Under the pieces are notes generated by a model. It was not told the origin of the DNA. It made no database searches and worked only from the letters and a program-made list of their open reading frames with translations. A stretch of 64,000 nt of DNA from Azolla caroliniana (lineage: Eukaryota > Plantae > Polypodiophyta): NCBI GenBank assembly GCA_043228905.1, contig JBHGNT010000035.1, positions 124,001 through 188,000 on the forward strand. Reading direction: 5' to 3'. Made by a program: the position numbers and the translations under genes. How positions within the stretch are numbered: position 1 is the stretch's first letter; the number at the start of each line of letters is the position of its first letter. Below, piece by piece: positions 1 through 13,600 of this stretch.

Positions 1-3000
1 GATATGGAATTCAAAAATCAAGATTTTGAAACTCACGTCGAGAGACATGAAGAAATTAACAAAATTGAGGCGGGAGTTGACAAGAGCGCGTTAGTAAATT
101 AAAATGTTCATACTTGGCTCGTCTAAAATCGGATTTTTGTGTTCAAACATGCGAATGGAAACTAACAAAGCTAGCTATGATATGGAATTAAGAAATGAAG
201 ATTTTGAAACGCAGCTCGAGAGACATGAAAAAATTAGCAAATTTGAGGAGGGAGTTTAGAACAACGCGTTAGTAAATTAAAATGTTCATATTTGGCTCCT
301 GTGATATTTTATTTCTGTGTTCAAACGTGCGAATCGAAGCTAACAACGCTTGCTATGATATGGAATTAAAAAATCAAGATTTTGAAACTCACATCGAGAG
401 ACCTGAAGAAATTAGCAAATTTGAGGCGGGAGTTGACAAAAGCAAGTAGGTAAATTAAAATGTTCATACCTAGGTCCTGTGATATCGGATTTCGGTGGTG
501 AAACATGCGAATCGAAGCTAACAGCGCTTGCTATGATATGGAATTAAAAAATCAAGATTTTGAAACTCAGGTCGAGAGACATGAAGAAATTAGCAAATTT
601 GAGGAGGGAGTTTACAAGAGCAAGTAGGTAAATTAAAATACTCATATTTGGCTCGTGTGATATCAGATTTCTGTGGTGAAACATGCGAATCGAAGCTAAC
701 AACGCCTTCTATGATATGGAATTAAAAAATCAAGATTTTGAAACTCAGGTCGAGAGACATGAAGAAATTAGAAAATTTGAGGCGGGAGTTGACAAGAGCA
801 AGTAGGTAAATTAAAATGTTCATACCTGGCTCGTATGATATCGGATTTTTGTGTTCAAACATGCGAATCGAAGCTACCAACGCTAGCTCTAATATGGAAT
901 TAGAAAATCAAGATTTTGAAACTCAGGTCGAGAGACATGACGAAATTACTAAATTCGAGGAGTGAGTTGAGAAGAGCTAGTAGGTAAATTAAAATGTTCA
1001 TACCTGGCTCGTGTGATATCGGATTTTTGTGTTCAAACATGCGAATCGAAGCTAAGAACGCTAGCTATGATATGGAATTAAAAAATCAAGATTTTGATAC
1101 GCAGGTCGAGAGACATGAAGAAATTAGCAAATTTGAGGAGGGAGTTTAGAACAACGCGTTAGTAAATTAAAATGTTTATATTTGGCTCCTGTGATATTGG
1201 ATTTCTGTGTTCAAACGTGCGAATCGAAGCTAACAACGCTTGCTATGATATGGAATCAAAAAATCAAGATATTGAAACTCACATCGAGAGACCTGAAGAA
1301 ATTAGCAAATTTGAGGCGGGAGTTGACAAGAGCAAGTAGGTAAATTAAAATGTTCATATCTGGCTCCTGTGATATTGGATTTCTGTGATCAAACATGCGA
1401 ATCGAAGCTAACAACAATTGTTATGATACGGAACTAAAAAATCAAGATTTTGAAACTCAGATCGAGAGACATGAAGAAATTAGCAATTTTGAGGCGGGAG
1501 TTGACAAGAGCAAGTAGGTAATGAAATGTTCATACCTGGCTCGTGTGATATTGGATTTCAGTGTTCAAACATGCGAATCGAAGCTAACAACGCTTTCTAT
1601 AATACGGAATTAAAAAATCAAGATTTTGAAACTCACGTGGAGAGACATGAAGAAATTAGCAAATTTGAGGCGGGAGTTGACAAGAGCAAGTAGGTAAATT
1701 AAAATGTTCATACCTGGCTCGTGTGATATTGGATTTCAGTGTTCAAACATGCGAAGCGAAGCTAAGAATGCTTGCTTTGATATGGAATTAAAAAATCAAG
1801 ATTTTGAAACTCACGTCGAGAGACATGAAGAAATTAGCAAATTTGAGGCGGGAGTTGACAAGAGCAAGTAGGTAAATTAAAATGTTCATATTTGGCTCGT
1901 GTGATATCGGATTTTTGTGTTCAAACTTGCGAATCGAAGCTAACAACGCTAGCTCTGATATGGAATTAAAATATCAATATTTTGAAACTCACGTCAAGAG
2001 TCATGAAGAAATTAGCAAATTTGAGGAGGGAGTTTAGAACAACGCGTTAGTAAATTAAAATGTTCATATTTGGCTCCTGTGATATTGGATTTCTGTGTTC
2101 AAACATGCGAATGGAAGCTAACAACGCTTGCTATGATATGGAGTTAAAAAATCAATATTTTGAAACTCAGGTCGAGAGACATGAAGAAATTAGCAAATTT
2201 GAGGCGGGAGCTGACAAGAGTAAGTATGTAAATTAAAATGTTCATACCTCGGTCGTGTGATATCAGATTTCTGTGGTGAAACATGCGAATCGAAGCTAAC
2301 AACGCTTTCTATAATACGGAATTAAAAAATCAAGATTTTGAAACTCACGTCGAGAGACATGAAGAAATTAGCAAATTTGAGGCGGGAGTTGACAAGAGCA
2401 AGTAGGTAAATTAAAATGTTCATATTTGGCTCGTATGATATCGGACTTTTGTGTTCAAACATGCAAATCGAAGCTAACAACACTAGCTCTAATATGGAAT
2501 TCAAAAATCAAGATTTTGAAACTCACGTCGAGAGACATGAAGAAATTAGCAAATTTGACGCTTGAGTTGACAAGAGTAAGTAGTTAAATTAAAATGTTCA
2601 TATCTGGCTCTTGTGATATTGGATTTCTGTGATCAAACCTGCGAATCGAAGCTAAGAACGCTTGCTATGATATGGAATTAAAAAATCAAGATTTTGAAAC
2701 TCACGTCGAGAGACATGAAGAAATTAGCAAATTTGAGGAGGGAGTTGACAAGAGGAAGTAGGTAAATTAAAATGTTCATACCTGGCTCGTGTAAAATCGG
2801 ATTTTTGTGTTCAAACATGCGAATCGAAGCTAACAAAGCTAGCTAAGATATGGAATTAAAAAATCAAGATTTTAAAACTCAGGTCGAGAGACATGAAGAA
2901 ATTAGCAAATGTGAGGAGGGAGTTTACAACAACGCGTTGGTAAATTAAAATGTTCATATCTGGCTCCTGTGATATTGGATTCCTGTGTTCAAACATGCGA

Positions 3001-4314
3001 ATCGAAGCTAACAACGCTCGCTATGATATGGAATTAAAAAATCAAGATTTAGAAACTTAGGTCGAGAGACATGAAGAAATTAGCAAATTGGAGGCGAGAG
3101 TTGACAAGAGCGCGTTAGTAAATTAAAATGTTCATACCTGGCTCGTGTAAAATCGGCTCTTTGTGTTCAAACATGCGAATCGAAACTAACAAAGCTAGCT
3201 ATGATATGGAATTAAAAAATCAAGATTTTGAAACGCAGGTCGAGAGACATGAAGAAATTAGCAAATTTGAGGAGGGAGTTTAGAACAACCCGTTAGTAAA
3301 TTAAAATGTTCATATTTGGCTCCTGTGATATTTTATTTCTGTGTTCAAACGTGCGAATCGAAGCTAACAACGCTTGCTATGATATGGAATTAAAAAATCA
3401 AGATTTTGAAACTCAGGTCGAGAGACATGAAGAAATTAGCAAATGTGAGGAGGGAGTTGACAAGAGCAAGTAGGTAAATTAAAATGTTCATATTTGGCTC
3501 GTGTGATATCGGATTTTTGTGTTCAAACTTGCGAATTGAAGCTAACAACGCTAGCTCTAATATGCAATTAAAAAATCAAGATTTTAAAACTTAGGTCGAG
3601 AGACATGAAGAAATTAGCAAATTTAAAGAGGGAGTTTAGAACAACGAGTTAGTAAATTAAAATGTTCATATCTGGCTCTTTTGATATTGGATTCCTGTGT
3701 TCAAACATGCGAATCAAAGCTAACAACGCTTGCTATGATATGCAATTAAAAAATCAAGATTTTGAAACTCAGGTCGAGAGACATGAAGAAATTAGCAAAT
3801 TTGAGGCGGGAGTTGACAAGAGTAAGTATGTAAATTAAAATGTTGATACCTCGGTCGTGTGATATCGGATTTCTGTGGTGAAACATGCGAATCCAAGTTA
3901 AGAACGCTTGCTATCATATGGAATTAAAAAATCAAGATTTTGAAACTCAGGTCGAGAGACATGAAGAAATTAGCCAATTTGAGGAGGGAGTTTAGAACAA
4001 CGCGTTAGTAAATTAAAATGTTCCTATCGGGCTCCTGTGATATTGGATCCCTGTGTTCAACCATGCGAATCGAATACCTGGCTCGTGTAAAATCGGATTT
4101 TTGTGTTCAAACATTCGAATCGAAGCTAACGAAGCTAGCTAAGATATGGAATTAAAAAATCAAGATTTTGAAACGCAGGTCGAGAGACATGAAGAAATTA
4201 GCAAATTTGAGGAGGGAGTTTAGAACAACGCGTTAGTAAATTAAAATGTTCATATTTGGCTCCTATGATATTTTATTTCTGTGTTCAAACGTGCGAATCG
4301 AAGCTAACAACGCT
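1..4314 (-). repeat. 178-bp tandem satellite, inverted orientation relative to the rest of the window (about 24 monomers; continues past the left edge)
   Basis: GATATGGAATT recurs at 1, 179, 357, 535 and so on (period 178). The sequence is the reverse complement of the monomer found from 4315 onward. Confidence 0.98.
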
Positions 4315-7300
4315 CCTCTCCACTACCTCCTCAAATTTGCTAATTTCTTCATGTCTCTCGACCTGAGTTTAAAAATCTTGATTTTTTAATTCCATATCAT
4401 AGCTAGCTTTGTTAGCTTCGATTCGCATGTTTGAACACAAAAATCCGATATCACACGAGCTAGGTATGAACATTTTAATTTACTAACGCGCTCTTGTCAA
4501 CTCCCGCCTAAAATTTGCTAATTTCTTAATATCTCTCGACCTGAGTTTCAAAATCTTGATTTTTTAATTCCATATCATAGCAAGCGTTGTTAGCTTCGAT
4601 TCGCATGTTTGAACACAGGAATCCAATATCACAGGAGCCACATATGAACATTTTAATTTACCTACTTACTCTTTTCAACTCCCTCCTCAAATTTGCTAAT
4701 TTCTTCATTTCTCTCGACGTTAGTTTCAAAATATTGATTTTTTAATTCCATATCAGAGCTAGCATTGTTAGCTTCGATTCGCATGTTTGAACACTGAAAT
4801 CCAATATCACAGAAACCAAATATGAACCTTTTAATTTACTAACGCGTTGTTCTAAACTCCCTCCTCAAATTTGCTAATTTCTTCATGTCTCTCGACCTGA
4901 GTTTCAAAATCCGATTTTTTAATTTGATATCATAGCTAGCTTTGTTTGCTTCGATTTGCATGTTTGAACACAAAAATCCGATATCACACGAGCCAGGTAT
5001 GAACATTTTAATTTACCTACTTGCTCTTGTCAACTCCCGCCTCAAATTTGCTAGTTTCTTCATGTCTCTCGACCTGAGTTTCAAAATCTTGATTTTTTAA
5101 TTCTATATCATAGCTAGCTTTGTTAGCTTCGATTCGCATGTTTGAACACAGAAATCCAATATCACAGGAGCCAGATATGAACATTTTAATTTACCTACTT
5201 ACTCTTGTCAACTCCTGCCTCAAATTTGCTAATTTCTTCATGTTTCTCGACTTGAGTTTCAAAATCTTGGTTTTTTAATTCCATATTAGAGCTAGCGTTG
5301 TTAGCTTCGATTCGCATGTTTGAACACAAAAATCTGATATCACACAAGCCAGGTATGAACATTTTAATTTACTAACGCGTTCTTCTAAAGTCCCTCCTCA
5401 AAATTGCTAATTTCTTCATGTCTCCCGATCTGAGTTTCAAAATCTTGATTTTTTAGTTCCGTATCATAACAATTGTTGTTAGCTTCGATTCACATGTTTC
5501 ACCACAGAAATCCGATATCACACGACAGAGGTATGAACATTTTAATTTACATACTTACTCTTGTCAACTCCTGCCTCAAATTTGCTAATATCTTCATGTC
5601 TCTCGACCTGAGTTTCAAAATCTTGATTTTTTAATTCCATATCATAGCAAGCGTTGTTGGCTTCGATTCGCATGTTTGAACACAGGAATCCGATTTTACA
5701 CGACCCAGGTATGAATATTTTAATTTACCTACTTGCTCTTGTCAACTCCCGCCTCAAATTTGCTAATTTCTTCATGTCTCTCGACGTGAGTTTCAAAATC
5801 TTGATTTTTTAATTCCGTATTATAGAAAGCGTTGTTAGCTTCGATTCGCATGTTTCACCACAGAAATCCGATATCACACGACCGAGGTATGAACATTTTA
5901 ATTTTATAATGCGCTCCTCTCCACTACCTCCTCAAATTTGCTAATTTCATCATGTCTCTCGACCTGAGTTTAAAAATCTTGATTTTTTAATTCCATATCA
6001 TAGCTAGCTTTGTTAGCTTCGATTCGCATGTTTGAACACAAAAATCTGATATCACACGAGCTAGGTATGAACATTTTAATTTACTAACGCGCTCTTGTCA
6101 ACCCCCGCCTAAAATTTGCTAATTTCTTAATATCTCTCGACCTGAGTTTCAAAATCTTGATTTTTTAATTCCATATCATAGCAAGCGTTGTTAGCTTCGA
6201 TTCGCATGTTTGAACACAGGAATCCAATATCACAGGAGCCAGATATGAACATTTTAATTTACCTACTTACTCTTTTCAACTCCCTCCTCAAATTTGCTAA
6301 TTTCTTCATGTCTCTCGACGTTAGTTTCAAAATATTGATTTTTTAATTCCATATCATAGCAAGCGTTGTTAGCTTCGATTCGCCTGTTTGAACACTGAAA
6401 TCCAATATCACAGAAACCAAATATGAACCTTTTAATTTACTAACGCGTTGTTCTAAACTCCCTCCTCAAATTTGCTAATTTCTTCATGTCTCTCGACCTG
6501 AGTTTCAAAATCCGATTTTTTAATTTGATATCATAGCTAGCTTTGTTTGCTTCGATTCGCATGTTTGAACACAAAAATCCGATATCACACGAGCCAGGTA
6601 TGAACATTTTAATTTACCTACTTGCTCTTGTCAACTCCCGCCTCAAATTTGCTAGTTTCTTCATGTCTCTCGACCTGAGTTTCAAAATCTTGATTTTTTA
6701 ATTCTATATCATAGCAAGCGTTGTTAGCTTCGATTCGCATGTTTGAACACAGGAATCCAATATCGCAGGAACCAGATATGAACATTTTAATTTACCTACT
6801 TACTCTTGTCAACTCCCGCCTCAAATTTGCTAATTTCTTTATGTCTCTTAACCTGAAATTCAAAATCTTGATTTTTTAATTCTATATCATAGCAAGCGTT
6901 GTTAGCTTCGATTCGCATGTTTAAACACAAAAATCCGATATCACACGAGCCAACTATGAACATTTTAATTTACCTACTTGCTGTTGTCAACTCCCGCCTC
7001 AAATTTGCTAATTTCTTCATGTTTCTCCACTTGAGTTTCAAAATCTTGGTTTTTTAATTCCATATTAGAGCTAGCGTTGTTAGCTTCGATTCGCATGTTT
7101 GAACACAGAAATGCGATATCACACGACGGAGGTATGAACATTTTAATTTACATACTTACTCTTGTGAACTCCCGCCTCAAATTTGCTAATTTCTTCATGT
7201 CTCTCGACCTGAGTTTTAAAATCTTAATTTTTTAATTACATATCATAACAAGTGTGGTTAGCTTCGATTCGCATGTTTCACCACAGAAATTCGATATCAC

Positions 7301-7669
7301 ACGACCGAGGTATGAACATTTTAATTTACATACTTACTCTTGTCAACTCCCGCCTCAAATTTGCTAATTTCTTCATGTCTCTCGACCTGAGTTTTAAAAT
7401 CTTAATTTTTTAATTCCATATCATAGCAAGCGTTCTTAGCTTCGCTTCGCATGTTTTAACACAGGAATCCAATACCAAAAGAGCCAGATATGAACATTTT
7501 AATTTACTAACGCGTTGTTCTAAACTCTCTCCTCAAATTTGCTAATTTCTTCATGTCTCTCGACCTAAGTTTTAAAATCTTGATTTTTTAATTCCATATT
7601 AGAGCTAGCGTTGTTAGCTTCGATTCGCATGTTTGAACACAAAAATCCGATATCATACGAGCCAGGTAT

Positions 7670-10600
7670 GAACATTTTAATTTACCTACTTGCTCTTGTC
7701 AACTCCCGCCTCAAATTTGCTAATTTCTTCATGTCTCTCGACCTGAGTTTCAAAACCTTGATTTTTTAATTCCATATCATAGCAAGCGTTCTTAGCTTGG
7801 ATTCGCATGTTTCACCACAGAAATCCAATATCACACGACCGAGGTATGAACATTTTAATTTACATATTTACTCTTGTCAACTCCCGCCTCAAATTTGCTA
7901 ATTTCTTCATGTCTCTCAACCTGAGTTTCAAAATCTTGATTTTTTAATTCCATATCATAGCAAGCGTTGTTAGCTTCAATTCGCATGTTTGAACACAGGA
8001 ATCCAATATCAAAAGAGCCAGATATGAACATTTTAATTTACTAACGCGTTGTTCTAAACTCCCTCCTTAAATTTGCTAATTTCTTCATGTCTCTCGATCT
8101 AAGTTTTAAAATCTTGATTTTTTAATTCCATATGAGAGCTAGCGTTGTTAGCTTCGATTCGCAAGTTTGAACACAAAAATCCGATATCACACGAGCCAAA
8201 TATGAACATTTTAATTTACCTACTTGCTCTTGTCAACTCCCGCCTCAAATTTGCTAATTTCTTCATGTCTCTCGACGTGAGTTTCAAAATCTTGATTTTT
8301 TAATTCCATATTATAGCAAGCGTTGTTAGCTTCGATTCGCATGTTTGAACACAGGAATCCAATATCAAAAGAGCCAGATATGAACATTTTAATTTACTAA
8401 CGCGTTGTTCTAAACTCCCTCCTTAAATTTGCTAATTTCTTCATCTCTCTCGATCTAAGTTTTAAAATTTTGATTTTTTAATTCCATATGAGAGCTAGCG
8501 TTGTTAGCTTCGCTTCGCATGTTTGAACACTGAAATCCAATATCACACGAGCCAGGTATGAACATTTTAATTTACCTACTTGCTCTTGTCAACTCCCGCC
8601 TCAAATTTGCTAATTTCTTCATGTCTCTCCACGTGAGTTTCAAAATCTTGATTTTTTAATTCCGTATTATAGAAAGAGTTGTTAGCTTCGATTCGCATGT
8701 TTGAACACTGAAATCCAATATCACACGAGCCAGGTATGAACATTTCATTACCTACTTGCTCTTGTCAACTCCCGCCTCAAAATTGCTAATTTCTTCATGT
8801 CTCTCGATCTGAGTTTCAAAATCTTGATTTTTTAGTTCCGTATCATAACAATTGTTGTTAGCTTCGATTCGCATGTTTGAACACATAAATCCGTTACCAC
8901 ACGAGCAAAATATGAACATTTTAATTTACTAACGCGTTGTTCTAAACTCCCTCCTCAAATTTGCTAATTTCTTCATGTCTCTCGACCTGGGTTTCAAAAT
9001 CTTTATTTTTTAATTCCATATCATAGAAAGCTTTGTTAGCTTCGATTCGCATGTTCGAATACTGAAATCCAATATCACATGAGCCAGGTATGAACATTTT
9101 AATTTACCTACTTACTCTTGTCAACTCCCGCCTCAAATTTGCTAATTTCTTCATGTCTCTCGACCTGAGTTTCAAAATCTTGATTTTTTAATTCCGTATC
9201 ATAGAAAGCGTTGTTAGCTTCGATTCGCATGTTTGAACACTGAAATCCAATATCACACGAGCCAGGTATGAACATTTCATTTACCTACTTGCTCTTGTCC
9301 ACTCCCGCCTCAAAATTGCTAATTTCATCATGTCTCTCGATCTGAGTTTTAAAATCTTTATTTTTTAATTCCATATCATAGAAAGCTTTGTTAGCTTCGA
9401 TTCGCATGTTCGAATACTGAAATCCAATATCACATGAGCCAGGTATGAACATTTTAATTTACATACTTACTCTTGTCAACTCCCGCCTCAAATTTGCTAA
9501 TTTCTTCATGTCTCTCGACCTGAATTTTAAAATCTTAATTTTTTAATTACATATCATAACAAGCGTTGTTAGCTTCGATTCGCATGTTTCACCACAGAAA
9601 TCCGATATCACACGACCGAGGTATGAACATTTTAATTTACATACTTACTCTTGTCAACTCCCGCCTCAAATTTGCTAATTTCTTCATGTCTCTCGACCTG
9701 AGTTTTAAAATCTTAATTTTTTAATTCCATATCATAGCAAGCGTTCTTAGCTTCGCTTCGCATGTTTTAACACAGGAATCCAATACCAAAAGAGCCAGAT
9801 ATGAACATTTTAATTTACTAACGCGTTGTTCTAAACTCCCTCCTCAAATTTGCTAATTTCTTCATGTCTCTCGACCTAAGTTTTAAAATCTTGATTTTTT
9901 AATTCCATATTAGAGCTAGCGTTGTTAGCTTCGATTCGCATGTTTGAACACAAAAATCCGATATCATACGAGCCAGGTATGAACATTTTAATTTACCTAC
10001 TTGCTCTTGTCAACTCCCGCCTCAAATTTGCTAATTTCTTCATGTCTCTCGACCTGAGTTTCAAAACCTTGATTTTTTAATTCCATATCATAGCAAGCGT
10101 TCTTAGCTTGGATTCGCATGTTTCACCACAGAAATCCAATATCACACGACCGAGGTATGAACATTTTAATTTACATATTTACTCTTGTCAACTCCCGCCT
10201 CAAATTTGCTAATTTCTTCATGTCTCTCAACCTGAGTTTCAAAATCTTGATTTTTTAATTCCATATCATAGCAAGCGTTGTTAGCTTCGATTCGCAAGTT
10301 TGAACACAAAAATCCGATATCACACGAGCCAAATATGAACATTTTAATTTACCTACTTGCTCTTGTCAACTCCCGCCTCAAATTTGCTAATTTCTTCATG
10401 TCTCTCGACGTGAGTTTCAAAATCTTGATTTTTTAATTCCATATCATAGCAAGCATTCTTAGCTTCGCTTCGCATGTTTGAACACTGAAATCCAATATCA
10501 CACGACCCAGGTATGAACATTTTAATTTACCTACTTGGTCTTGTCAACTCCCGCCTCAAATTTGCTAATTTCTTCATGTTTCTCGACTTGAGTTTCAAAA

Positions 10601-13600
10601 TCTTGGTTTGTTAATTCCATATTAGAGCTAGCGTTGTTAGCTTCGATTCGCATGTTTGAACACAGAAATGCGATATCACACGACGGAGGTATGAAGATTT
10701 TAATTTACTAACGCGCTCTTGTCAACTCCCGCCTCAAATTTGCTAATTTCTTCATGTCTCTCGACCTGAGTTTTAAAATCTTAATTTTATAATTACATAT
10801 CATAACAAGCGTTGTTAGCTTCGATTCGCATGTTTCACCACAGAAATCCGATATCACACGACCGAGGTATGAACATTTTAATTTACATACTTACTCTTGT
10901 CAACTCCCGCCTCAAATTTGCTAATTTCTTCATGTCTCTCGACCTGAGTTTTAAAATCTTAATTTTTTAATTCCATATCATAGCAAGCGTTCTTAGCTTC
11001 GCTTCGCATGTTTTAACACAGGAATCCAATACCAAAAGAGCCAGATATGAACATTTTAATTTACTAACGCGTTGTTCTAAACTCCCTCCTCAAATTTGCT
11101 AATTTCTTCATGTCTCTCGACCTAAGTTTTAAAATCTTGATTTTTTAATTCCATATTAGAGCTAGCGTTGTTAGCTTCGATTCGCATGTTTGAACACAAA
11201 AATCCGATATCATACGAGCCAGGTATGAACATTTTAATTTACCTACTTGCTCTCGTCAACTCCCGCCTCAAATTTGCTAATTTCTTCATGTCTCTCCACG
11301 TGAGTTTCAAAATCTTGATTTTTTCATTCCGTATTATAGAAAGAGTTGTTAGCTTCGATTCGCATGTTTGAGCACTGAAATCCAATATCACACGAGCCAG
11401 GTATGAACATTTCATTACCTACTTGCTCTTGTCAACTCCCGCCTCAAAATTGCTAATTTCTTCATGTCTCTCGAGATGAGTTTCAAAATCTTGATTTTTT
11501 AGTTCCGTATCATAACAATTGTTGTTAGCTTCGATTCGCATGTTTGAACACATAAATCCGTTACCACACGAGCAAAATATGAACATTTTAATTTACTAAC
11601 GCGTTGTTCTAAACTCCCTCCTCAAATTTGCTAATTTCTTCATGTGTCTCGACCTGGGTTTCAAAATCTTTATTTTTTAATTCCATATTAGAGCTAGCGT
11701 TGTTAGCTTCGATTCGCATGTTTGAACACAAAAATCCGATTTTACACGACCCAGGTATGAACATTTTAATTTACCTACTTGGTCTTGTCAACTCCCGCCT
11801 CAAATTTGCTAATTTCTTCATGTCTCTCGACCTGAGTTTTAAAATCTTGATTTTTTAATTCCATATCATAGCAAGCGTTGTTAGCTTCGATTCGCATGTT
11901 TGAACACAGAAATGCGATATCACACGACAGAGGTATCAACATTTTAATTTACATACTTACTCTTGTCAACTCCCGCCTCAAATTTGCTAATTTCTTCATG
12001 TCTCTCGACCTGAGTTTTAAAATCTTAATTTTTTAATTACATATCATAACAAGCGTTGTTAGCTTCGATTCGCATGTTTCACCACAGAAATCCGATATCA
12101 CACGACCGAGGTATGAACATTTTAATTTACATACTTACTCTTGTCAACTCCCGCCTCAAATTTGCTAATTTCTTCATGTCTCTCGACCTGAGTTTTGAAA
12201 TCTTGATTTTTTAATTCCATATTAGAGCTAGCATTGTTAGGTTCGATTCGCATGTTTGAACACAGAAATCCAATAACACACGAGCCAAATATGAACATTT
12301 TAATTTACCTACTTGCTCTTGTCAACTCCCGCCTCAAATTTGCTAATTTCTTCATGTCTCTCGACCTGAGTTTCAAAACCTTGATTTTTTAATTCCATAT
12401 CATAGCAAGCGTTCTTAGCTTGGATTCGCATGTTTCACCACAGAAATCCAATATCACACGACCGAGGTATGAACATTTTAATTTACATATTTACTCTTGT
12501 CAACTCCCGCCTCAAATTTGCTAATTTCTTCATGTCTCTCAACCTGAGTTTCAAAATCTTGATTTTTTAATTCCATAACATAGCAAGCGTTGTTAGCTTC
12601 GATTCGCATGTTTGAACACAGGAATCCAATATCAAAAGAGCCAGATATGAACATTTTAATTTACTAACGCGTTGTTCTAAACTCCCTCCTTAAATTTGCT
12701 AATTTCTTCATGTCTCTCGATCTAAGTTTTAAAATCTTGATTTTTTAATTCCATATGAGAGCTAGCGTTGTTAGCTTCGATTCGCAAGTTTGAACACAAA
12801 AATCCGATATCACACGAGCCAAATATGAACATTTTAATTTACCTACTTGCTCTTGTCAACTCCCGCCTCAAATTTGCTAATTTCTTCATGTCTCTCGACG
12901 TGAGTTTCAAAATCTTGATTTTTTAATTCCATATCATAGCAAGCGTTGTTAGCTTCGATTCGCATGTTTGAACACAGGAATCCAATATCAAAAGAGCCAG
13001 ATATGAACATTTTAATTTACTAACGCGTTGTTCTAAACTCCCTCCTTAAATTTGCTAATTTCTTCATCTCTCTCGATCTAAGTTTTAAAATTTTGATTTT
13101 TTAATTCCATATGAGAGCTAGCGTTGTTAGCTTCGCTTCGCATGTTTGAACACTGAAATCCAATATCACACGAGCCAGGTATGAACATTTTAATTTACCT
13201 ACTTGCTCTTGTCAACTCCCGCCTCAAATTTGCTAATTTCTTCATGTCTCTCCACGTGAGTTTCAAAATCTTGATTTTTTAATTCCGTATTATAGAAAGA
13301 GTTGTTAGCTTCGATTCGCATGTTTGAACACTGAAATCCAATATCACACGAGCCAGGTATGAACATTTCATTACCTACTTGCTCTTGTCAACTCCCGCCT
13401 CAAAATTGCTAATTTCTTCATGTCTCTCGATCTGAGTTTCAAAATCTTGATTTTTTAGTTCCGTATCATAACAATTGTTGTTAGCTTCGATTCGCATGTT
13501 TGAACACATAAATCCGTTACCACACGAGCAAAATATGAACATTTTAATTTACTAACGCGTTGTTCTAAACTCCCTCCTCAAATTTGCTAATTTCTTCATG

